NCBI GenBank assembly: GCA_964016885.1
Contig: OZ024749.1
Span: 46,686,001 to 46,750,000, forward strand
DNA: 64,000 bases
Reading direction: 5' to 3'
Source: Eledone cirrhosa
Taxonomy: Eukaryota
Shown: positions 1 to 12,728 of the stretch, piece by piece
Layout of the letters: the number at the start of each line of letters is the position of its first letter
Position numbering within the stretch: the first letter of the stretch is position 1
Notes under the pieces: model-generated
What the model was told of the DNA's origin: nothing
The model's database searches: none
The model's input: only the letters and a program-made list of their open reading frames with translations
Translations under genes and position numbers: made by a program

Positions 1-1440
1 AATGGTACAGTAATATACATCAAAGTTTATGTGTTTCCAAGAGAAAACACTTAATATTACTTACGATTCACCAGGTAAATTAGACTGATTAAATAGATGA
101 TATTGTATTTTGACAACTAATAAACTCTTAATATTTTACCACTAAAATATAGGAATGTTCACTAAAGTTTCTCAGGAAAATAGGATTTATTTAATATAGA
201 ATAGAAGGTCTGCCAACTAGAGAATCTTTACTAAATACATCATTCCATTTAAAGATCAGACTCCTCACTAAATCAAATAATATCTTTTCTATCTGGCTCG
301 CAAATGTTCACACATGAATCAGAAAACACTAAGCCATTAGAAATCTCCTTCCCACCATTACGTGACTGCAGAATTATGGAAATTCCTACCGCGCATGCGC
401 TCCAAAAGAAGCATTAACATTTTACGCGTTTCTCGTAACTGAAAATATATGGTTTATTAACTTTCTAAGGAAATTAAATAAGACTTTCATATATAAATCT
501 GAATTCCTAGTTACAGACACATATATGTGATGCTATCAGTGGTCTAGTTATATTAGCATGTATATTAAATAACCAAGTTTTATAAATTTATTGTCAAGTG
601 TATAATTTTTCCGACGCATATGATGCTTATTTATTGCCAAATAAATCTGCTACTTTTAAATGTAAACTCCAAAGGAATATATATAATCGTTCCTTTGTAG
701 TTTACATTGAAAAGTAGCAAAAACGCTGATGTTACTCCTGAGACACGACAATTTGAAAGATAGCTGATAAAAACATATATGATAATTTCAAATTCGGGTA
801 TCAGAAATGCTTGTTTCGTAAACGTTTATGCTTTCCTTTATTTTGCATGATTGAAATAATATTTATTTCAAATCATATTACATATCGCCCGCTTTTCCGT
901 GGCAAATGATTCGTGTAAACTTACATTTTCGTATAATTGGCCTTGGCTCTATAAACGCAGAAATTTTAAGTGAGTGTGTAAGACTATCGGAATAGTTAGA
1001 TAATAATAAGCTAAACATACATATCTTCCCCGATAACAAATTGTTGAAAAAGTGAAGGAATCTTTTCCCTCGTTTATAATAATTTATTAGTAATTTTTCT
1101 AGAATGAATAAAAATCCAAAGTACTTCAACCAAATATAATTAAATTTATTTCGAATTTCTTCAAATGCAAACCATTATCATGGAAAAAAACGAAGGGAAA
1201 ATGAAGAAGGAATCCCAGATTCACTATTCATCTCAGTAGCTTTTCTTTCATATGGTGATTTAGTACTTTCCCAGTAGTTATAAATATATAAACAGACGAG
1301 GAGATAACAGAGTAGGAACAAAAAGTATTGAGAAATAAATGTACGAGAGAAAACGTAGATGTAATATAATCACATGAATAATGGAATAACTTGGGGCAAT
1401 GCATACTCATATACACACACTAATATATATATATATATAT

Positions 1441-1670
1441 TTATTAAATAACAGACTAAATTTTAAGCAAAGAATCGCTGGTTTCACCCTTAACGGGATC
1501 TTCGGAAACTACCAGTTTCAGAAGATCCCGTTGAGGGTGAAACCACCGATTCTTTGCTTAAACTTTAATCTGTTATTTAATAAATATGTGCTCTACGGTT
1601 CTTATATATTTGATATATATTTATCCTTATCGATCCCTCTTTCGATTTTAATCTTCAAATTTATTATTAT

Positions 1671-1675
<5 letters not shown>
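1441..1675 (+). mobile_element. Fold-back mini-element, PLE pLTR-like (arms ~1441-1510 / ~1514-1582 plus 3' tail), with degenerate HHR-like cores
   Basis: Inverted arms visible directly; flanked by (TA)n on both sides; C(C/A)GAAGA-TCCC..GGGT-GAAA in both arms; second copy at ~47015-47180. Confidence 0.7.
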
Positions 1676-1723
<48 letters not shown>

Positions 1724-3381
1724 TACAAACATACGGTATGTATATAACATTATAAATATATAGTATACATATATGTTTGTATGTCTGTGTGCATATATTT
1801 AAGTATATATATATATATATCCATAACTGCCTCGACAAGCATGCAGTGACGTCTATTGTATTTGGGGGCTAGTCTGTCAATGATTTTTCCACATTTATAT
1901 CACTTTATATATAACATCATAGCTCCGGGAAGAACAACGTTTGTAATCCCCGCATCTTGCCGTATTCCATAAGTATTAACCATCATTTTAAATCAGTAGT
2001 CCATCCAAATGCTAACAATTTCCCTCTCCACGGCAATGTAAATCTATTTTGTTTTATTTGTTTCTTTTAAAGTATCTCAGAATCCATTCATTATGTCATA
2101 TACAACATATTGCTTTATCAGTAATATGCTAATTTCATGATGCAACTTCTTCCATGCTGATTTCAAAATTATGCAATAATTATTATTAGATTATTCCAAT
2201 TTGAATTTTGCGCGCTGTGTAATTCTCGCTATATATAAATATATATATATATTGAAACTTGTGTCGTTCCTGCGTGACTGCAATACCTGCAATGCGATCT
2301 TGTTAAGTCTGACGATAATGGGAGTATCTCCGTACAAAATGGAGTGACAGCCTACAAGAGATAGTAACATGGGCCTTTGATGATGACTTTCATAATTTGT
2401 CTCTCCATTGGAAAATACCCAATAGTCTGACATTGTGTGGCACCTCCCTGTTCTCCTATAATCTAGCTTTTACCTTCTCGCGACGTTTCCATCATACAAT
2501 TCTAAGTTCAAATTCATTGAAAGCTCTGGCTCGTAAAATATATGCCAGCTAAATTTGAATACTAGTTAGTATTTTCGAACCTCTTTTGTGATTATGTAGA
2601 GGTTATGCTAGAGGATTACATCTCTCACTAAAGCAGTGATGTGGTCCAACGAGGAATTCTGTTTATTTTAATGACCTTTACATATCCATCTATAAGTTTG
2701 CTAACATGTGAAGAGATATAGATAAGGCTGTCATTTCAGCAAATATTTTGCAATTTCTTTTTCTTTTTTGTAGAAATGGAAGATTTATATATTAACCCCC
2801 TTCTGGTGCTTTCTGCCTCGAGGCAAGTGTGAGGAATGTTTTCAAATTTGGTATCTCATAATGTTGTTTACAGGAATAGAAGAGAATATTTTGGGTAACA
2901 TACGATATGAAATTATTGATCTGATTTCAGCCATGCCTTATTTTAGGATTTTTTTTTTCAAGTAAAAATAATCGATAATTGTAGGTTCTATTCATAAAAC
3001 TAAAGTGAAAAAAATATGTGAAATACTCAATTCAAGGTATACATCATATTGTTCGTTTGCATTAACAATACATCATTCAAAATCCTACGCTGAAGTTATG
3101 TTTTTGCATACAGTGATTTATATTTGAAGAAATGTGACTCTTCTATAATATACTGATGCTCTTTCGATTTAAAACTTCGGGAAGTTTTAAGTGTATTCTA
3201 CATTTAGTATTTATTTTTAAGTTTCTTTTCTATTCGTGGATTCGTTTAAATATATTTTCAAATGCATTGAAATCACACTCGCATTTTGGAATTTGTTTAT
3301 GCGAACGAGATTATGCACCTTTCGAGTAAATTATGGGTATATATACTTTTCCACTGACTGATGAAATGACAAGTCAGTCAA

Positions 3382-3700
3382 TCATATTGGTGGCCTCCCC
3401 ACAACCCCGGCGGACAGAATGGAGAAGGCGTTTCCCCGAGTGAAGGCAAGGGAGACCCGCTGGAAAAGCCATTCCAACTCGCGGGGCTCACACTTGCGGC
3501 TGGCCTGCACAGCGCCTATGGTAGTGAGTAAGGAGGTAGCCCTAGGGCAGAGGACACCAAAATTCTCCACTGCCAAGAGTACAGCAGCAAAACTGTCGGA
3601 GAGCGACCGGTATTTAAAGAGTGTAGCCTCATCAGCCCGACGTGCAGCAGAACCTGGGTTAGTCGCAGACCGCACCAGGTTGCGGCTGGACGAAATTATG
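3382..3700 (-). mobile_element. 3' fragment of a CRE-clade-like non-LTR retrotransposon (restriction-like endonuclease C-terminus)
   Basis: Minus ORF GSAARRADEATLFKY..LAVENFG...EPRELEWLFQRVSLAFTRGNAFSIL matches the RLE C-terminal pattern (AVET.G / QR.S.A.QRGNA.SIL); GC-rich island. Confidence 0.75.
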
Positions 3701-3831
3701 TTTACCATTAATGTGGATAAAAGTGTGTACATTGTTTATTTAGTATAATTGAAATGTATGCTAAAATGCACTTGTGTTTTTAGAGAGACTGATGAAATAT
3801 TGAAAGTTTACACAAAGGTACACATATAAAC

Positions 3832-4025
<194 letters not shown>

Positions 4026-4116
4026 TTTTAAAGTAAACAGAAATAACAAAAACGAAAAATACAAAAGCTCGGTACAATGTTATTATTAGTTTCACGCTTG
4101 AGAGTAGGAGTGGGGG

Positions 4117-4150
4117 GACGACGTTTCGGGCATAAGCCCTTTATCAGGAG
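4117..4150 (-). ncRNA. Degenerate minimal type I hammerhead (C3/A8 mismatch) in a pLTR-like island
   Basis: Reverse complement reads tc-CTGATAA-agggc-ttat-gccc-GAAAC-GTC-gt; GGGC/GCCC stem II, palindromic ACGT stem III. Confidence 0.6.
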
Positions 4151-4427
4151 AAAAGTGGGTAGGAAGAGAGTTCCGAGGGTGTGTGTGGGAGTGATGGAAA
4201 GACATTGAAAAACAATGATTAAATATAATATATATGTATATATATATATGGAACTAAGCAGATTTAGATATAGAGAAATATATTTTATCTTAACTGATTT
4301 TGTTTCAATGCGCATAGACTAGGTCGTGAAATGTTGTTACTGCTACAAATGATGGCATTATATCTCATAACCTTTCATCTTCTTCATACACATCAATTTT
4401 CTACTCATCTCCTCATCATCACCCAGC

Positions 4428-4446
4428 TACTACTACTACTACTACA

Positions 4447-4492
<46 letters not shown>

Positions 4493-4555
4493 GTATTACT
4501 GCTGCTGCTGGTGCTTCTGCTACTACTACTACTACTAATACTACTACTACTGCCA

Positions 4556-4622
<67 letters not shown>

Positions 4623-4751
4623 TCAACTTCATCTTCTTCTTCTACTCCTCCTCCTCCTCCTCCTCCTCCTATTTATTTTTCTTCTTCTCCTCCCCCATTC
4701 TTCTTTTTCTTCTTCTTCATCTTCTTCTTCGTCGTCGTCATCGTCGTCGTC

Positions 4752-4813
<62 letters not shown>

Positions 4814-4820
4814 TAATAAT
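4428..4820. repeat. Compound trinucleotide microsatellite (CTA/CTG/CTT/CTC/CGT/TAA)n
   Basis: Direct; the poly-L/Y ORF at 4331 is an artefact of it. Confidence 0.95.
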
Positions 4821-5435
4821 TCATCGCCTCCTGTTCCTTATAGTCTCTCACTGAAAATGCAGATCAGGTGAGCAATTCCATTTAAACAATCGTTAATCGA
4901 TGTTTCTTACTTTTTCCTCTTTTCTAACCTTTGGCTATTCCAGTTATATTTTTTTTCCGTTTTCCTGTAATCACTGAACAGCTTTATAAAAGCGGGTTAT
5001 ATTCATGCTATTGTATTGAAAGCCCAACTTTTGCCATTGTGATTTGTTCTAATCTATGAGACACCCACGGGATAACTTGATCTTTCCTATTTTCTTTTTA
5101 GATCTTTTTCGTGTGTGTTCGCACAATTATTTGCCATTTGCTTTCAGCCATTCTTCTCCATTATTCCAGGTGATTTGTTATTTATTATTTTTCACCTGCT
5201 GTGTTCATTTTTAATTCACTTTTTTTTTCTTTCGAATGGTTATTTGTTTCAATTCACTAAGTGCACAGCTCTCCGATGATATAAGAATAAAGAAAAAAAA
5301 AATCTACAAATAAAATATAGAAATCGATACCCAAAGAAATACACATAAACAAGAAATTAAACAAAGCAATCCCTACTTTCTATTCAGGTAATTCTTCTAT
5401 CCATGTGTGACATGTGCACACACACACATACCGAG

Positions 5436-5492
<57 letters not shown>

Positions 5493-5520
5493 CATGGATG
5501 TGTGTGGGTACATATATATC

Positions 5521-5552
<32 letters not shown>

Positions 5553-5953
5553 TGTGCGTATGTATGCGTGTGTGTGTATGTGTATGTGTGTTTGTATGTA
5601 TTTATATCCTTAATCCCACATGTATGGTATTTTCCAGTATAATATAGAATGAAAGTAATAAATAAACGTATAAGCCATTCACCGACGGGAAGTGGGAAAG
5701 AAGAAACCTGTGCACAGTACAACATAGTATGTATTACCAGTGATATATGTTTTCCATGTAAATAATTATGAAAGACTGTGATTGATTTACTATGAGATGA
5801 AAGACTAAATTTATCATCGTTTGAATTTCAACTCACGTCGTCAATTTTGCAAAGTGGTTGCCTTAGGTATGTTCGAAACTTTATAACTAGTTTTGCAACA
5901 ATTCGATTTTCTCATCAAACAACAACAAGTTTTAGTTTTCCTCCATTGACAAG

Positions 5954-6027
5954 CAATACATGTTATTTACCCCGTTTCCCCTAACAAGCAATACCTGTTA
6001 GGGGAAACGGGATAAATACAGGTATTG
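5954..6027. repeat. Short imperfect palindrome (~32-bp arms)
   Basis: caatacatgttatttaccccgtttcccctaaca / tgttaggggaaacgggataaatacaggtattg. Confidence 0.85.
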
Positions 6028-6501
6028 TTATGTAATATCCGTTCCTCTAGCTCTATACTGACTGGCGTTCAATGAATAATACAATAGAAATCAGCAAACT
6101 ATTTTGGATTATCAGCAAATTATTTTATTAGTCAGCGGCCTTTTAGAATTACTATATCACACGTTGTGTTTAGAAAAAGCTGGATTAGTCTAGAAAAACA
6201 CAATGACGACCGGGTTTGACCACAGCAAAATATGTTTTATTAATCGAAGTTCATTAATCGAAGTTCATTTAGCTTTTGGTTTCGAGCCCTGCCAAAATCA
6301 TTTCTCATCAATGGTTTCTATGAATAATGCCCAGGTGTCGATTTCATCATGAGCTAATCAAACCAAATTGCATCATTAAACATATACGATTCTTTGGGGT
6401 GAGTAGTGGCTAGTTCTTTCATTATACGGGCAGTGGAACCGATTATCGAAGCTGTCTTTGATTACAGTCGACATTGGCTATTTTCTACGTATATATATTT
6501 G

Positions 6502-6544
<43 letters not shown>

Positions 6545-6720
6545 CACTGTTTCGTTTTCTATTTCATCTTTCATTTTTCAGTGTATCTTCTCAGGAATGG
6601 ACAGCCTCCAAACCATAAGTCCTACTTTCCTATTATAACAAACGATGCACAAATATATTTCTTCAATATATTGTTATCTGGTCGGTTGTATCGGGTCACA
6701 TTTGGCTCAAACACACACAC

Positions 6721-6772
<52 letters not shown>

Positions 6773-6841
6773 TATGAAGAGAGAAGAAACATTTAGATAT
6801 AATTAGTAATAAAATGTATCATACCTAAACTGCTCCTAGAT

Positions 6842-6931
6842 TCCTCGACTACGTAGTTTCGTGGCATAAACAAAAACAATACATCATAAAGCTATAGAGT
6901 CCTTGCGAGGTCTGCCGACTTATCAAGAGGA
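6842..6931 (-). ncRNA. Type I hammerhead ribozyme, U3-A8 core, long loop 2 (copy 1)
   Basis: RC: TCCTC-TTGATAA-GTcGGCA-[~48 nt]-TGCCAC-GAAA-CTACGTAG-TC-GAGGA; perfect 5-bp stem I, palindromic stem III, GUC triplet. Confidence 0.85.
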
Positions 6932-7434
6932 TACCTCATTTTACTAGTCTCAAGAACGCGTCTACACGACGTGAGAAAGAATCCCAAAAGGCGGAGGGGG
7001 AGACAGTCACGCGATATAACGGTCGAGAAACAGAGCTAAGCCTCTTATAACCCCGAAGAAAATACCACGGAGGCGAAGGGGGTATTTATATCGAAGCCGT
7101 AGAAGAGGTGGTGAAGGAGGCGAGAAGTATGAGTAATGGAAGCTTTCCAGCAGTCCCCACACTTCAAAGATTGCTCGACCAGAGGGAGTTATTAACAATA
7201 TATTTAGAAACACACAGATACATGCGGACACACACATATACATGAATGCATCCGCACCCAACCGTGAGTTAAGGGTGCCAATTTCACCGATGTTGCTCAA
7301 TGAATGACCGGGACAGACCAATCCGGTTGAACTAGACTGAACCAGTATCAGAGTTAAAAATACATTATGAAGAGAGAAGAAACATTTAGATATAATTAGT
7401 AATAAAATGTATCATACCTAAACTGCTCCTAGAT

Positions 7435-7524
7435 TCCTCGACTACGTAGTTTCGTGGCATAAACAAAAACAATACATCATAAAGATATAGAGTCCTTGCG
7501 AGGTCTGCCGACTTATCAAGAGGA
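7435..7524 (-). ncRNA. Type I hammerhead ribozyme, U3-A8 core, long loop 2 (copy 2)
   Basis: Same core and stems as 6842-6931, offset by 593 bp. Confidence 0.85.
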
Positions 7525-7810
7525 TACCTCATTTTACTAGTCTCACGAACGCGTCTACACGACGTGAGAAAGAATCCCAAAAGGCGGAGGGGGAGACAGT
7601 CACGCGATATAACGGTCGAGAAACAGAGCTAAGCCTCTTATAACCCCGAAGAAAATACCACGGAGGCGGAGGGGGTATTTATATCGAAGCCGTAGAAGAG
7701 GTGGTGAAGGATGCGAGAAGTATGAGTAATGGAAGCTTTCCAGCAGTCCCCACACTTCAAAGATTGCTCGACCATACTTCTCTCCTCCTTCACCACCTCT
7801 TCTACGACCA

Positions 7811-7943
7811 GAATTAGCCGTCGAAACGGCTTGAGCTCAGCCGTCGGGGTCCTACTCGTTCCTATTACCCACTCTACTACCCTAAATATTGATTACTTTG
7901 GTGCGTTATAGTACACCTGGTTCCTTACCACATTTCCTTCGTT
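7811..7943 (+). mobile_element. PLE-like 3' tail fragment (family also at ~10511-10617, 22663-22772, 28432-28502)
   Basis: Shared gc(t/c)gtcGAAAC..agctcagc(t/c)gtcggggtcct..ttcctattacccactctactac; ends in (TA)n. Confidence 0.65.
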
Positions 7944-8533
7944 ATATATATATATATGTATACATATATGTATCTATACACTATTTTTTATATGAGTTAC
8001 TATGCACTACAACAAAGCAGCCTCCACTTTCAAGAGATATTTACATATAAAGGTTGGTATCAGCGCATTTACACAATTGGATTTAATGATGTCTGTAGCC
8101 CACCCTCACTTCTTATATCTGTATTGTCTGTTGTAAGAGTTTGCTAAAACTTGGTCAATTTATAATAAACGTTGTTGTTTGCATTTAATAATTCACCATA
8201 CAATCACATGCTACCTTCATTTATGTCATTGATATTTCTGTATTAATCCATATTTCAAGCTTGGTTTTGACAAGATGCATAATACATTTAGCTGAAAGCA
8301 GAAGATCAATATGAATTAAATTTATAAAGAACAACGAAATCCAGTTTCTCAACTGTACACATCTAAGCATAGTAACATTTACATATTCTCTCACAGTCAC
8401 ACCTCTCAATCCCCAGCTTTCTTTTCGCAGTCTATATATGTCATTTTGTATGATGTTTACACACACACACACACACCCATACACACGCGCGCGCACATAC
8501 ACATACATACACACACACACACATACACACGCG

Positions 8534-9510
<977 letters not shown>

Positions 9511-9517
9511 CCCTTCA

Positions 9518-10110
9518 ACAGTACGTCCTCATCAGATAAAATAAATTGATGTCTGACACACCTCAATTGTGCTGATGGTTCAATTCCAGTTTTGGCAGTT
9601 ATTAGTCATGACAAAACTCAATATTTATATACCATTAGTAGTCACATGACAAACTACATATACTTGAGAGGGTACGTAGAAAAACGTGTATAAAATAATA
9701 CAATAAGTATATATAAAGACAAGTAAAATATATAAACATATACGTACATAACTGTTAACATTTTAAATAATTAAAAATGTAAACATCCGTAATATAGAAA
9801 AAGCAAATGAGAGTGAGAGAGAGAGCTAAATAGAGGAGAGAAAGAAAAATATAGAGAGTTGATACTAAACTGGACAGCACAGTTGAGGTATGTCAGACAT
9901 CAATTTATTTCATCTGATGAGGACGTACTGATGAAACAGCTCAGTACCTCTGAAATATATGTAATAACATATATTTGATCACATGAATCTCTATATTTAT
10001 TAATATTTGTAAGTAATATTAATAACTCCAGAAAACCACAGTTGAGTACTTCTAATCTATGTAAAACTTTATTCATTGATTAATCAATGAACCTTGTTAA
10101 ACTGTTGGTC
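9518..10110 (+). mobile_element. pLTR-like element with inverted arms (9518-9583 / 9876-9931) and a hammerhead
   Basis: Inverted arms seen directly; ACTC..GAGTAC tail at 10025-10049. Confidence 0.7.
9901..9977 (+). ncRNA. Type I hammerhead ribozyme (core intact, stem I eroded)
   Basis: ttatttcat-CTGATGA-GGAcGTACTG..CAGTACcTCT-GAAA-TATATG-TA-ataac. Confidence 0.7.
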
Positions 10111-10147
10111 ATATACACATATATGTATATATATATATACATATATA

Positions 10148-10450
10148 TTTATATATAATATTATAAAGCTGGGTGTCGTGTGTATTATGTATGTATGTAT
10201 GTATCCTACACACCTCCCTATATTTTCTTAGCTTTGCTCTCTCCGCGGTTCTTCCCTCTATCTATAATAGATAATTCACCCTCTCTATAATTTAACTGTT
10301 TTAATCTCTTCGTCGCTCTTCACTCTCTAATATTATAAAGCTGAGCGTCGTATCCCCCTCTCTCTCTCTTTCACCCTCTCTATAATGATGAATATATACC
10401 CGTTAAGTGTGAACGCAGCGATTATTTGCTTACACTTTAATCAGCTATTT
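10148..10450 (+). mobile_element. Possible non-autonomous Helitron-like element
   Basis: 5' TATAATATTATAAAGCTG..(TATG)n similar to the start at 32581; subterminal hairpin aagtgt..acactt followed by cagctatt (CTAGT-like). Confidence 0.4.
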
Positions 10451-10510
<60 letters not shown>

Positions 10511-10617
10511 CCAAGTAAGTGTGTTAAGGAATCAGGGGACCATAACGCACCAGAGTATTCGATACTAGCTGTCGAAACAGTCGGAGCTCAGCTGTCGGGG
10601 TCCTGTCACTTTTCCTA
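10511..10617. mobile_element. Short island of two oppositely oriented pieces of the 7811/22663/28432 PLE-tail family
   Basis: gaccataacgcaccagagtattcgatact matches 22673-22701; gctgtcgaaac..tttcctat matches 28452-28502; lies between (TA)n tracts. Confidence 0.65.
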
Positions 10618-12563
10618 TATATATATTTATATATATATATTTTTTCCCATTTCTAGTTTTCTATCGTATAATATTTTCCGATGAAATTTCTTGGTATTGT
10701 ATCTACCATATCAAGCTTTTAAGTAACATATATAATTATTGTCTTTGATAGGAATAACTTGTGTGTGAATCTAATATGTAAATTGATTGTATCAAAATAC
10801 CGACAAGGAGCAACAAGAAAATAAATGAATTATCCTAACATTCGTCGTTTACGCAAAATCTAACTTGTCCAATGAGCATCCTTATTATATTTATAAATAT
10901 TTGAATCCATCATTATTTAATCTCTTGTAAAAACATTTTAGCAGAGATTCACATAATAATATGAACGTCTATCTAGAAGGTACATTCGTGTATAGTTCTG
11001 GTTTATCTTATATATTTTTAAAATTGTCTGAATGATATATAATAATTATTGTCCCATATCACTTCAAAGAACATTTGTTACAATTATCATTTAATCCTGC
11101 CTGTCATGAGTAATTCAATTACTCTCCTTCGATTCTGACATTTATGAAATGGTAAAATTGATAGTAAGATTTCGATATTCTAATCATTTGTGACATAAAT
11201 TGTTTTCTATTAAAGAGAGTTAAACTTATCAACTATTCAAACATTTCAGTTCACTAATTTACTCCGAACAATGGTGATGATCGCCTCTTTATTTTGTTCA
11301 AGTACATCATTTTTATTCTACATATCTTCCTGACCTGTAATTTTAAGGAAGTGACATTTCTTTGTACGTATGTATGGTTCCATTATATTATATCAGCATG
11401 TTCTTAATATTTTCAGTGTAATGTGTTTCCATTCTTAACTCTTTGAATCAATCGTGATATGAAATTTAAAAAATACGCTTTCAAAAAATATTATTGAATT
11501 TCAATTATAAATGTAAGGAAAAAGCCATAGAAAAAACAATTGCAATGTATTCTATGAGATTATGATTTACTTTTGAACATTTATGCATTTGTTTTTGAAT
11601 ATTTATTATAAAGGAACATATTTTTTAATGAAAGCTATGATATGACATACAGAATGCAAAAGGAACTATGAAGAAAACCAAATCGCATAGGCTTCCATAT
11701 ATATTAAACGTATACACTTAATTTTTAACTGAGAAATAGAACATTGGCTTGGGATTAGGAATTGCATCTAACCAGCATCTAAAGTCCGGGACTGTACCAC
11801 AGTTGAACAATGACAGGGTTATAAATGAATGTTCTGTTAAATATAGGGATGTCATAAATGCATCAAAATTGTACGGAGCAAATCGTTTGCTGATAAAGGT
11901 ATGTCAATAAGTTTTCTGATAGATTGTATGAGCATTATCCCGAGTTTTCAAGTACGTATGTCCGACAGCTGACGAAAAACAATCGATTTAGTTTTAAGGT
12001 AGAACCTATATAAAATAAAACATGTTTTCGTATAAAGTAAGGAGAAAAATATTGGATAATGTAGTTCTAAATATAACGAAATATATACGTAATTATACAA
12101 AAATAAACAGAAGGAAAAATAGATGAGAATTGTCACAAATGAAATAACTATAATCATAAGACTTATCATCAATCAGTTCTAATTAAAGGGGAAAAGCAGC
12201 AGCAACGATGAATGATTGCTGAAATATCTGTAAGCAGAATTGGAATTCAGGAACTGGCTTTATATATCGAGGTTTTCCCCCAGTTCCAAAATTCTAAAAA
12301 AATAAATAAAAATAAAATATAAAAAGAATAAAAAATAAAATATAAAAATGCCAAGTAGATAGCGTAAATAGATAATATTGAAATATCAGAATATTGTTTT
12401 TCCATACTTAATTCACGTCATTATTTTCTACCAAAAATAGAATTATTTTAAAACAAGTCTCATAAATCACAGAAAAAATAGTTCGCCTTATACAAGTACG
12501 TAATTCGTTTACCATAATACATACACGCACATTTTCTCTCACATACACACATGTACACACACA

Positions 12564-12656
<93 letters not shown>

Positions 12657-12675
12657 TTATATTTATACATATATT

Positions 12676-12728
<53 letters not shown>

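Larger units (their letters stand above)
6768..7774 (-). mobile_element. Tandem direct repeat, 593-bp period (6768-7181 duplicated at 7361-7774), each copy with a hammerhead; retrozyme or PLE tandem-pLTR-like
   Basis: Near-identical ~414-bp copies (only a few substitutions seen); abuts (TA)n on the left; no recognisable coding capacity. Confidence 0.85.

Noticed and set aside
391-400. GCGCATGCGC NRF1-like palindrome (similar motif at ~56071)
   Set aside because: Isolated motif with no CpG island or linked gene
7043-7102. Plus-strand CCGAAGA-AAATACC..GGTATTT..GAAG hammerhead-like motif in the tandem unit
   Set aside because: Extra bases between stem II and GAA, GAAG instead of GAAA, and no stem I
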